The translations under genes and the position numbers were made by a program. This document shows, one piece after another, positions 17,607 to 25,706 of a stretch of 64,000 nucleotides of DNA. The notes under the pieces are model-generated. The model made no database searches and had not been told where the DNA came from. It was given only the letters and a program-made list of their open reading frames with translations. The DNA comes from a virus: positions 1,647 through 65,646 of IMG/VR virus record IMGVR_UViG_2754412344_000002; one strand, 5' to 3'. Position 1 is the stretch's first letter. Each line of letters begins with the position of its first letter.

Positions 17607-17738
17607 TCACGTCTTGCTCCGATGCGCGACAGCCTGATCCACATACGGCGGATCAACAGGCAGCACCATCCAGAACAAGAACAGAAGAATCCAGCCTGCT
17701 AAGACCCTAGTAAGATCGTGGGTGAGGATGCGGCGCAT
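17607..17738 (-). CDS. Small single-TM protein
   Basis: 43 aa with VLAGWILLFLFWMVL. Confidence 0.55.
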   Translation of the reverse strand: MRRILTHDLTRVLAGWILLFLFWMVLPVDPPYVDQAVAHRSKT

Positions 17739-17739
17739 A

Positions 17740-17997
17740 TCAGGCTCCCGTGGCTTTGGCGATAGCGGCGTATGCCTTCGACATGGGCGTACCCACGACA
17801 GGATCGAGCTTTCCGAAATGGCGTTCGAGTGCACCCATGACGGCAATAAGCGCTTCGAGCAATTCCGGGGCAGCAGCGACAAGGTGTGCATGCTTTTCGT
17901 TTCTGACAAAACAGATTTGTCGCCCGTCGGCGGTTTCGATGCTCATGGCGCCATGTCCGTCGTGGGAAGCGCTCCAATGTTCAATTTCGTCACTCAT
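17740..17997 (-). CDS. Phage hypothetical protein
   Basis: AHLVAAAPELLEAL...AIAKATG motif. Confidence 0.75.
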   Translation of the reverse strand: MSDEIEHWSASHDGHGAMSIETADGRQICFVRNEKHAHLVAAAPELLEALIAVMGALERHFGKLDPVVGTPMSKAYAAIAKATGA

Positions 17998-18527
17998 ACC
18001 ATCACCTTCGCAAGAACGTCACCAAACTGATCGCCGCAGTACATACAGACGAGACGCTGCGGGAACGTGAAAATTTCCTTCGTTTCGCGGTTACGAACTA
18101 GGCCAGCCAAGATATGAGGATCGTCAGGCCGGGTAATTTCCACATGGCGCCCATTTGCGCATCCGTGCGCACTGGACATCTTGTCCATTCCCTTACGCCC
18201 TGCCATATAGTTTGGATGGCTCCCGCGGCCCCAATCACCACCCCATGCTGTTTCGCCGTCGCGAAGTGCGTAATGCCATGCATTTCCTCCGGGGTGACGA
18301 TGCTCAATCGATGTCCAATGTCCATCAAGCCATCCTGCGATGATGTTGCGCTGGTATCCATGCTCAACGTACAGACATACGGGAGCCAAGCATTGGCCGA
18401 TGAACGCAATGTCATATTCGCCATCGTCTTCGAGCCACTTGCCATCTGCATAACGGCGCACCGCGCCTTTGAAGAAGCCATCCAGTGGACGGAACTCATA
18501 CACTGGGCGCTCGATGATATTTTTCAT
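17994..18527 (-). CDS. Hypothetical protein
   Basis: 177 aa ORF coupled to downstream gene. Confidence 0.6.
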   Translation of the reverse strand: MKNIIERPVYEFRPLDGFFKGAVRRYADGKWLEDDGEYDIAFIGQCLAPVCLYVEHGYQRNIIAGWLDGHWTSIEHRHPGGNAWHYALRDGETAWGGDWGRGSHPNYMAGRKGMDKMSSAHGCANGRHVEITRPDDPHILAGLVRNRETKEIFTFPQRLVCMYCGDQFGDVLAKVMV

Positions 18528-18698
18528 GCCAAGCTCCTTGCCAATGTGTCACCAAATTGAATCGTGACCGCAGCCACAATCAGCACACAGCACATCGATG
18601 CAAGACCTGCATACGATCTGGCGCAGGCTTTCAGAAGCTCGTTGTCGTTTTCGGTTCGCATGGTCGTCCTCTCAATTCTCGTCGTAGATCAGCCGCCC

Positions 18699-19013
18699 TT
18701 ACATCAGGAATCCGCAGGTGAAAACCTTATCAATGGGACCGCATTCGGGTAAGGATTCTTGCGGGATCGCCTTGGAGCGCCACACGCCGATCCACGAGCG
18801 CGCTTGGCCTTGTAGGTAGTCGCAGTGCTCTGATACCGATAGGGCGGCGCCGATAAGCTCTAGAGCGGCCTCAGCAACCGGGCTGGTTCCAACGGCATTA
18901 GCGAAACTCCCGTGCGCTGAATTCAAAACAGAAAGCTCGTCAGGCGATGGGTTTTCGATCACATACCAGTCGGTGCTTTCCGGAACATTTTGGTACACAA
19001 GCAAAACCTTCAT
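18699..19013 (-). CDS. Hypothetical protein
   Basis: 104 aa with GGAG RBS. Confidence 0.65.
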   Translation of the reverse strand: MKVLLVYQNVPESTDWYVIENPSPDELSVLNSAHGSFANAVGTSPVAEAALELIGAALSVSEHCDYLQGQARSWIGVWRSKAIPQESLPECGPIDKVFTCGFLM

Positions 19014-19290
19014 TTGAATCTCCTAGTTACCGTCGTATATCCGCTTCGCCCACCGGCACGCTCCTTCGAACGTCCTGAATGGCAGCGCCAGATCATCCTC
19101 AAGCCGCGCTACCCACAGACCGCAGCGCATGTAGATATGGGCTCTCATTGCCAAACCATCCTTGCATCCTGCCAATCCACCTGATCAGTACGCACGTGGA
19201 TACGATGCCCATCCCGGCATACGTACTCAGTCAGCATTAGGACTGCATATTGCAGGTAGAAGAATGAGGTCACGTATCCGGTGCGCATGA

Positions 19291-19497
19291 TTACTTCTCG
19301 TCAGCGTCGATGGCTTCGAGCAGATCCAAATCGCTCGCAGTCATGCAGTAGGTATCGCGCTCGCTGTACACCGTGCGTTGCTCGCGCTTGATCGACATCG
19401 CTTCGAGGGCGGCTTCGTGCGACGAAAACGAGCCGAGCCAGCGCGATCCGGCGTACATGGTGCCGTTGGTGATCGTCAGTTCTTGGTACCAGTTCAT
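19291..19497 (-). CDS. Phage hypothetical protein
   Basis: 68 aa, operon context. Confidence 0.65.
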   Translation of the reverse strand: MNWYQELTITNGTMYAGSRWLGSFSSHEAALEAMSIKREQRTVYSERDTYCMTASDLDLLEAIDADEK

Positions 19498-19498
19498 T

Positions 19499-19825
19499 TC
19501 AGTCTCCGTTACGCTCCGGCGTTTCCTTGCGCCCGGCCTTGATGAGGGCGGCGTCGAGCGTCATGCGAACGCCGGACGTGAGCAGGGGCGTGCCGTTGTG
19601 CCGCGCTGCGTCGTCCTCGGCGGCGATCATTTCGAGGGCGAGAATCGCGTCGTAGGACGCGGCGATTACTCGCGCGTTGTGCTCCTGCGGCTTGTCGTTG
19701 TCGCAGAGGACGACTGCGATGCAAAGGTCGCCGGCCATGATGCACAGGCCATTGGCCGGCGCGCGATAGCCAGAGTCGTCAACTTCCCACGGCCCCGGCG
19801 TGTGCTTGATCTCGTTCATGGTCAT
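19499..19825 (-). CDS. Phage hypothetical protein
   Basis: KHTPGPW...NARVIAAS motif. Confidence 0.75.
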   Translation of the reverse strand: MTMNEIKHTPGPWEVDDSGYRAPANGLCIMAGDLCIAVVLCDNDKPQEHNARVIAASYDAILALEMIAAEDDAARHNGTPLLTSGVRMTLDAALIKAGRKETPERNGD

Positions 19826-19867
19826 CCCTCGGTGTGGTGTGATTGCCCGCAGGGCGGGTGCGGTTGG

Positions 19868-20074
19868 TCAGGCTTTGGTGGGGCAAATGCCCACCCAGCG
19901 ACCGCCTTGTTTGATCAAAGCTGCGCAAACCGGATGACCGTTTGCCACAAGGCTGTCGGCTCTCTGAATCGCAATCTTTTTTGCGTCGCTTTCGCAGTCC
20001 GCAATCACTTCCATATGAAACTCAGCCCCGTCGTCACGTCCTGCAACGCGTGCTGCAATCTCGAACTTTTCCAT
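19868..20074 (-). CDS. Phage hypothetical protein
   Basis: MEKFEIAARV..., AGGAG RBS within repeat. Confidence 0.65.
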   Translation of the reverse strand: MEKFEIAARVAGRDDGAEFHMEVIADCESDAKKIAIQRADSLVANGHPVCAALIKQGGRWVGICPTKA

Positions 20075-20075
20075 C

Positions 20076-20372
20076 GTCGTTCTCCTGTAGCGGGCGGGGT
20101 TACTCTTCGTCTTCGTACCAGAAGCGCTCAAACGTCGCCAAACGCGCGTTTTCAGCCGGGCACTTACGTGCGAAATAGCCATTCCGCCAAGCTTCGAAGA
20201 TCTTTTGCTTATTGCCGCCAGTGAGCCAATCGATCATCAGCCACATTTCCTCGATTGCTTCGATGCAGTCTTTGCGGTTCTCTACGAGTCCGAAACCACG
20301 AAACGTTCCGTCCGCATTCGTTACATGTCGGTAGCTGCCAGCCATGTCGTTCTCCTGTAGCGGGCGCGGTTA
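20076..20372. repeat. 27-bp direct repeat (1 mismatch) flanking one gene
   Basis: GTCGTTCTCCTGTAGCGGGCG(G/C)GGTTA at 20076-20102 and 20346-20372. Confidence 0.85.
20100..20345 (-). CDS. Phage hypothetical protein
   Basis: 81 aa between the repeats. Confidence 0.7.
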   Translation of the reverse strand: MAGSYRHVTNADGTFRGFGLVENRKDCIEAIEEMWLMIDWLTGGNKQKIFEAWRNGYFARKCPAENARLATFERFWYEDEE

Positions 20373-20693
20373 AGCAGCCCGGTCGCGAACCGATTCGGCC
20401 GCGATCTGCTCGTCTTGAAACAAACCGACAGCATTAGCGATTGCCTTCGACAACTCGTCGTAACAGCAGTCGCAGCGCCCGATGAACTCGGCGACAAACC
20501 GGCGGCAGCGCTCGTCGGTCGATTCGGATGGATCGGCAACGAACCGTTTAGCGAAGCCAACGAGGTCGTGCTCTGCCTCTGCCATGCCCGTCTCATAGCC
20601 TGCGTCGAAGTGACGATCGTCGCGTTCGGTTTGAGCCTGCATCCGTGCGTCCCGATACTCGACGCCACTCATGGTTTTGGAAAGCGTGGACAT
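20370..20693 (-). CDS. Phage hypothetical protein
   Basis: 107 aa, GAGG RBS. Confidence 0.65.
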   Translation of the reverse strand: MSTLSKTMSGVEYRDARMQAQTERDDRHFDAGYETGMAEAEHDLVGFAKRFVADPSESTDERCRRFVAEFIGRCDCCYDELSKAIANAVGLFQDEQIAAESVRDRAA

Positions 20694-20876
20694 GGTTACC
20701 TCTTAACGGCGGTCCATGCCGCCAGATAAAGGACAATCACTGCCCTATCACATGCAATTGAACAAATCGGATAGCCTGATACATGCAGAACGATCCGATA
20801 ATCACGTTTGCACTCACAGCTGCGTAGAAGCGTAGCCAGAATCCGTTCATGCCGTTCTCCACAACGCGCGGACGCA

Positions 20877-21026
20877 TTACAGCGGTTGCTGAATTTTCTC
20901 CATGAACGCACGGAATGCAGCGTCGTCGCGCTTGCGCTGTTCTCCGCGAATCCAGTCTTTGAAATCGACCATGATTCGACGAGCTTCATCGGCGCGCTCC
21001 CAGATTCTTTGGTGATCTTCATTCAT
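20877..21026 (-). CDS. Small hypothetical protein
   Basis: MNEDHQRIWERADEARR..., 49 aa. Confidence 0.5.
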   Translation of the reverse strand: MNEDHQRIWERADEARRIMVDFKDWIRGEQRKRDDAAFRAFMEKIQQPL

Positions 21027-21477
21027 GGCATCACCAGTGTTTCGAGATGAAGTGAAAAACAACGTAGATCAACCCACCCCAAAACGTCAGAGCGACCATC
21101 GCCCAAACAAGAGCCACTGCGATGATTCCTTTCATGTTGCCTCCTTGACATACTGGTTGTATGCCGGCCACGCGTATTCCACATAACCGGACACTGCGTA
21201 TGAAATGGCTGCGGCGATTTCGTCCATGGCTTTCTTGTCGCCAGCGTCTCGTGCTGCTTCATACGCTCGGCGAAGCTTGCTTATGTCCATGGCGTTACCT
21301 CGCGCTTTTCTGGCCGACGCCGTGACTTACGGGCGCGGAATGTGACGAAATTTTCTGAACTCGCGATACACGGCCCAACCGTACAAACCGAGCGATGCAA
21401 GCAATGCTGATAGCGCGACGTACATTTGCAGTCCTAAATCAGTGACGGATAGATCGGTCGCATCAACACCGCTTCAG

Positions 21478-22857
21478 TTACTGCTCTGCTTCGAGCGTCT
21501 GGATGAACTTGACAACCGCTTCGCTGAAGCCGTCAATCTTCGTCCACGATCCATACCCGACGCCATTTTGGTGCGAGGCGACATTTATCATGTAGCCCCG
21601 CGCTGTGGGGTTGCCCACGGGATCATAAGACTGCTCATCGGTGATAACGATCAGGCGGTCTGCCGGAATCGTGTTGGCCGCACGAACCGCAGCACCAAGA
21701 TAGGTTCCGCCGTGAGGTTGTGACAGAACGATTGCATCGATGAGGCCCATGCCATATCGCGGGGGGACTTCAACAATTTGGCCGGAGAATGTGAACACCC
21801 GTGTCTCCGGGCAAATTCCGCGAACCAGAACGGCCAATGCCGCCGCCGCATCCAGTCGACTGAGATCTGATTTCAACGAAAGTGGCGCGTCCATCGATCC
21901 AGATACGTCAACCAAGACGTTCGTGCGCCCACCCATCGGAGCGAAGGAGCGCATCGCCTCCATCATTGCCGCATCGATCATTGGTTCCCACTGCTTTACC
22001 GCTCGTGCTGCCGCGACAAATCGAAAAGGCAGCGCATTGGAACGCGGAGCACCTTCGGTCAAACGCTGCTTGACCAACTCCACGTTGACACCGGAATCGG
22101 CCATGTTCCGCAGATTTCGAAGGAGCGCCAGATAGCCGAGCTTGTTTTCGCCCAGCAGTCGCTCAAAAGTTTCGCGTTTTTCAGCGCCGCCCGAAAGAGC
22201 GACCTCCCAAGTATCCGGCGTATCCAATGTCCGATCTGCGATCTGTCGATACAGGCGTTCATCGCGAGACAATTTGGGCGTTGCGTTCAATCGCCGCTCT
22301 TCTGCCCGCTCCGCTTTCGTGTAGTGACGCTCCGAATCTTTCGGCCGCGCATGGCTCAAGAACAGCGCATCGCGAAGTTTTACAGTGGTCCCGCGATCAT
22401 ACTTCGCGAACTGATAAGCATCGAACTTGCGAAACGCTCCAGCCAACCCCAGCTTAACCTGCTTGCTCACGGGGCATTTCCCATCTTGCCAGTAGATCGC
22501 CAAGAACTCGGCGATTTCGTCTGCTCGTTGGATAACACGAGTAAGCGTCTTCCCGACGATAGCGCCAGTGTTTTTGCGTCGTGCCATTTCTCGGACAAGA
22601 AGCAGCGGCGCATGGCGGAGTTTCATGTCCTCACGCGCTTCGACTGCCAATTTTGCGACATCTTCAAGATCACATTGCGCCACAAGCGTTTTGATTCGCT
22701 CCGCAATGCTCTCCCCGCTCTCATAGAAATTGCTCTCCCACAAGAGGCAGGCCATAACCGTGCGACGTAGTTGCTGAATTGGCTTTACATGAAGCGACGC
22801 TGGCGCCCCTTCGTGCGTATAGACCTTCGGGGTAGATGCGTTCGAATTGATTTTCAC
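21478..22857 (-). CDS. rsr: Ro60-like RNA-binding protein (TROVE + vWA)
   Basis: THEGAPA, LRR..MACLLWE..FYESG, FDAYQFAKY, LDTPDTWE, LGYLALLRNLRNM, vWA MIDAS DVSGSM and VITDEQ; AAGGAG RBS, GTG start. Confidence 0.93.
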   Translation of the reverse strand: MKINSNASTPKVYTHEGAPASLHVKPIQQLRRTVMACLLWESNFYESGESIAERIKTLVAQCDLEDVAKLAVEAREDMKLRHAPLLLVREMARRKNTGAIVGKTLTRVIQRADEIAEFLAIYWQDGKCPVSKQVKLGLAGAFRKFDAYQFAKYDRGTTVKLRDALFLSHARPKDSERHYTKAERAEERRLNATPKLSRDERLYRQIADRTLDTPDTWEVALSGGAEKRETFERLLGENKLGYLALLRNLRNMADSGVNVELVKQRLTEGAPRSNALPFRFVAAARAVKQWEPMIDAAMMEAMRSFAPMGGRTNVLVDVSGSMDAPLSLKSDLSRLDAAAALAVLVRGICPETRVFTFSGQIVEVPPRYGMGLIDAIVLSQPHGGTYLGAAVRAANTIPADRLIVITDEQSYDPVGNPTARGYMINVASHQNGVGYGSWTKIDGFSEAVVKFIQTLEAEQ

Positions 22858-22869
22858 TACTTCTCCTTA

Positions 22870-22930
22870 GCGGGAACAAGCAGCAACGGGTAGATTTCAT
22901 AGCAAGAAGTAACCGTTACCTTCACCACGC
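22870..22930 (-). ncRNA. Y-RNA-like gene 1 (short, YrlB-like)
   Basis: GCGTGGTGAAGGTAACGGTTACTTC...CCGTTGCTGCTTGTTCCCGC; terminal stem shared with units 2 and 3; abuts rsr. Confidence 0.75.
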
Positions 22931-22945
22931 AAACTTAAATTCATG

Positions 22946-23067
22946 GGGCAACAAGCGAAGCGAGTACGTTTAGCGCTCTACCAACTGAGCTACGGCCTTT
23001 CAGCCGGCTGGACTCGAACCAGCGACCTCTCGATTAGCAGTCGAAGGAACTCGCTTCTACGGCACCC
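22946..23067 (-). ncRNA. yrlA: YrlA-like Y RNA with circularly permuted tRNA module
   Basis: Terminal stem GAAGCGAGT/ACTCGCTTC enclosing anticodon hairpin, AGGTC, T arm GCTGG-TTCGAGT-CCAGC, loop-closed acceptor CGGC-TGAAAG-GCCG and D arm GCTC-AGTTGGTA-GAGC. Confidence 0.88.
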
Positions 23068-23079
23068 AAACAAAATCCT

Positions 23080-23169
23080 GCGGGAACAGACCAGAGCGGA
23101 ACATGAGCGCGCAGATCGAAATCCCGCCTTCTCGCTCCCATAGCGAAGTAACCGCGCTGTACGCCACGC
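23080..23169 (-). ncRNA. Y-RNA-like gene 3
   Basis: GCGTGGCGTACAGCGCGGTTACTTC...CCGCTCTGGTCTGTTCCCGC; same end motifs as units 1 and 2. Confidence 0.75.
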
Positions 23170-23173
23170 AATC

Positions 23174-23559
23174 GCAAGATTTCAGAGAATGCACTGCATA
23201 CAATGCACTCCCTGCAATCTTGCCCACATCAGCGCCGGCTACACCCTGCTATGCAGGCTCCGGCTGCCGATGTGAGTCTTCAACTACCGTCATCGTTCTT
23301 TAGCGCCTCTGGACGCCAGGCGATGGGGTAGTAGCCGCTGATCTTCGGTTCTTCTCAGGAGTAGCGGATTGAGCCCTGTGCCTATCCGCCCTTTCGGGCC
23401 ATTGGCATGTTCTATCTCTTGTGTTGTGGATCGAATGTCGTCAGGGCTGGCGGCTGCCTGTGCAGTCCCAAGGCCGGCCAGCTTCCCCGCCGCGTGTCGC
23501 AGCAGGCTTGGCTTGCAATGTCAGCGCTCAGCCACCAGCCCTGACTAACATTCGTCCAC
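23174..23559 (-). ncRNA. Highly structured non-coding leader of the leftward early transcript
   Basis: Consecutive long hairpins 23174-23223, 23225-23274, 23426-23559 and a GCCC-GAAA-GGGC hairpin at 23388-23399. Confidence 0.55.
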
Positions 23560-23563
23560 GTCG

Positions 23564-23573
23564 GTTAAAGAAC
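23564..23573 (-). promoter_or_regulatory. boxA-like antitermination element
   Basis: GTTCTTTAAC on minus strand vs boxA consensus GCTCTTTAAC, immediately 5' of the structured region. Confidence 0.55.
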
Positions 23574-23676
23574 TCGCCCTACTTCGGCGCGCGCCCGTTG
23601 GCGCTTGATCTCATCAGTACGGGCCTAACCCGTAGATCACCCGGCTCTAACTGCCTCCGGGGATTTCGATCTGCAA

Positions 23677-23871
23677 TCAGATGAGCAGTGGTCCGGTCAC
23701 ATTCCTAATCACACCAGACGCGGCATTCGCAGAGAAAGTGCAATCTGGAAGAACTGACGCATAAAACCCTTTCCGAACCTCTTCAATTGCTTGCTCGCGA
23801 GCATCTTCGAAGCGCTCTGCTTCGGCGAAGGCAATTTCGGCGTCTTGGTAGAGGATCGTAAAGGTGTACAT
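23677..23871 (-). CDS. First gene of leftward early operon, hypothetical
   Basis: 64 aa, GGAG RBS, just after pL. Confidence 0.7.
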   Translation of the reverse strand: MYTFTILYQDAEIAFAEAERFEDAREQAIEEVRKGFYASVLPDCTFSANAASGVIRNVTGPLLI

Positions 23872-23908
23872 GGGTAGCTCCGGTGTGTTGTCTGCTTCCT
23901 TGGATTGA

Positions 23909-23950
23909 ATAATAGGCGTCCCTATCGGCTAGGTCAATAGGGATTTCGAT
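23909..23950 (-). promoter_or_regulatory. pL promoter with two operator sites
   Basis: -35 TTGACC (23932-23937), 17 bp, -10 TATTAT (23909-23914); ATAG-N6-CTAT at 23912-23925 and ATAG-N6-CGAT at 23937-23950. Confidence 0.75.
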
Positions 23951-23980
23951 CATCGATTGAGGAAATTTGTAACAGGCAAC

Positions 23981-24001
23981 AAAAACCCCGCATGTGCGGG
24001 G
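23981..24001 (-). terminator. Intrinsic terminator closing the cI transcript
   Basis: CCCCGC-ATGT-GCGGGG hairpin with A5 on plus (U5 on minus). Confidence 0.65.
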
Positions 24002-24024
24002 CTGTCGGAGACGAGAGGCGGGAA

Positions 24025-24213
24025 TTACAGATGGGAGCGCGGAGGCTCTTCTATGATGGGTGCTACGTCAAGCAGTTTTGCGGCAGCACGAAGACAGACG
24101 TGGGCTTGTTCTAATCGCGACTTCAAAATGCATGTGGAACACTTGTCTTCCTCGTCGGCCTGGTTCTGCGGGCGCTTTACAGGCCATACAACGCCTTCTA
24201 TGAGTGTGCCCAT
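24025..24213 (-). CDS. Small protein downstream of cI
   Basis: 62 aa with GGAGG RBS; inside immunity transcript. Confidence 0.5.
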   Translation of the reverse strand: MGTLIEGVVWPVKRPQNQADEEDKCSTCILKSRLEQAHVCLRAAAKLLDVAPIIEEPPRSHL

Positions 24214-24290
24214 GGCACCTCCACATGTACCCAGCCCAGCGCAATGGGCTTACGCTGGACTGTCATACGAAAACACCAAGGGAGTTCGGC

Positions 24291-24794
24291 CTAGCCTTTC
24301 CAGTTACTGGCGCGCTCGATCGGCACCTCGTCCTGAGCTGGTTCGGTCGTTGCGATGATTGCCCCGATTGACGCAATAAGTATCCCCCGGCGCCGCCCCT
24401 GGATGCGGTCGATTCTTGCAAGTTCTTTGATAATCACCTGCATTTCTTCGGAAATACCATCCAGCGAAAGCATCTTATCACTTTCTTTCGACTGGTTTTC
24501 GGGGGCAGAAATTGGGGGTTTCTCTAACGTCAGATCGTAGTTTGATTGATCTTTGTCAACATCTGGCTCACCTTCCCCGCGCGCCAGCCATCGAGGATTC
24601 ACATTGAGCGCAGTCGCGAGATCCACGATACGCGCCGTCTCTCCCTCCCCGTTTTCAAGCGCCCATAGCGTCGGCTGCGACATGCCCGCCATCTTGGCTA
24701 GGGCTCGCTGTGAGAGGCGTTTGGGTTTGGCGAGCTTCTCGCGGGCGTAGCGCACCCGGCCGCCAACCGTCATCAAATCGTAGGGCTTATCCAT
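24291..24794 (-). CDS. cI: CI-like HTH repressor without S24 peptidase domain
   Basis: RVRYARE...LSQRALAKMAGMSQPTLWALENG...LATALNVNPRWLARGEG; 167 aa; divergent from cro. Confidence 0.85.
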   Translation of the reverse strand: MDKPYDLMTVGGRVRYAREKLAKPKRLSQRALAKMAGMSQPTLWALENGEGETARIVDLATALNVNPRWLARGEGEPDVDKDQSNYDLTLEKPPISAPENQSKESDKMLSLDGISEEMQVIIKELARIDRIQGRRRGILIASIGAIIATTEPAQDEVPIERASNWKG

Positions 24795-24860
24795 ATAGGA
24801 ATTCTTATCTATCTGCTGACCGGAATTCCTATTGACTTGCCCAATAGTCGTGACTATCAT
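24795..24860 (+). promoter_or_regulatory. OR operators and pR promoter
   Basis: ATAG-N6-CTAT-type sites at 24795-24808, 24819-24832, 24844-24857; -35 TTGACT (24832-24837), 17 bp, -10 TATCAT (24855-24860). Confidence 0.8.
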
Positions 24861-24866
24861 TTGGTC

Positions 24867-25079
24867 ATGGAAATCGATCTTCAAAGCTTGGTTCGCACCC
24901 TCGTCGAGGCCGGATGCTCTCAGCGTCAGATCGCTCGCCGAGTTGGATGCAGTCAGCCAACCATCTCGAACATCCTTAGCGGAAACATCGGTAAGGTTCG
25001 GCCCTCCTATACGGTCGTGACGGGCATCAAGGATATGGTTGCTGAGGTCCAAGCACGAAAGGATTCGGTCGGAGCTTGA
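24867..25079 (+). CDS. cro: Cro-like HTH protein
   Basis: SQRQIARRVGCSQPTISNILSG HTH; 70 aa. Confidence 0.85.
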   Translation: MEIDLQSLVRTLVEAGCSQRQIARRVGCSQPTISNILSGNIGKVRPSYTVVTGIKDMVAEVQARKDSVGA

Positions 25080-25297
25080 TGCTCCGGTCAAACGGTGGTC
25101 TCCGCACACGATCCCCCGACGTGTGACGGTTTGGGCGATGTTCGCATCGCTCTTTTTTACAGCAAGCTGGCTGGCGTAACGCGGGTCGGCAACGTGGTTC
25201 ATAAATAAGGCGTCCTTAGTGACGCCTCAATATTTGACCAAGATCAACCGGTGATTCAACTGATTAACCGATTGATTTTTCTAAAAAGGTGAAAGAA

Positions 25298-25642
25298 ATG
25301 AGCAACTTGGGGCTGATGGGCGGGATGGTGAACGGCCCGGCGTTTTTGCCGGCTGACATCGTGGCGAAGTGCAAGAGCTATCGGGAGATCGTCCGTGTGT
25401 CGTGGGCGAACCGGCGCTCCAAAGGGATGACGCAGCGAACGTTGGCTGAGTGCATTGGCTGCTACGCATCCCACGTTTCGGACTATCTCCAGGCAGATGA
25501 CAAGCCGACTCGGCGTGATCTGCCCGCAGAGCGCCTGAACGATTGGGCGGCAACAGTCGGCAACTGGGGCATCCAACAGTGGATCGCTCAACAAGCCAAG
25601 TTGACCATCATGGAAGAAGTCATTGCTCAGAGGGCTGCGTAA
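25298..25642 (+). CDS. CII-like HTH regulator
   Basis: MTQRTLAECIGCYASHVSDYL HTH; position after cro. Confidence 0.65.
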   Translation: MSNLGLMGGMVNGPAFLPADIVAKCKSYREIVRVSWANRRSKGMTQRTLAECIGCYASHVSDYLQADDKPTRRDLPAERLNDWAATVGNWGIQQWIAQQAKLTIMEEVIAQRAA

Positions 25643-25706
25643 TGGATGCGCTAATTGATCTTTGGGTACGGATTTTCATTTCAGCCATCTATGGGTGGAG
25701 GTGGAT

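Noticed and set aside
22870-23169. Possible CRISPR array or true tRNA gene (repeated ends, tRNA-like arms)
   Set aside because: Repeats are paired 5'/3' ends of individual RNAs, not identical repeats with spacers, and no cas genes are present; the tRNA arms are permuted with a closed acceptor and no CCA
22943-23303. Short plus-strand ORFs 22943-23143 and 23103-23303
   Set aside because: Antisense to the Y-RNA genes; no RBS, no protein-like features
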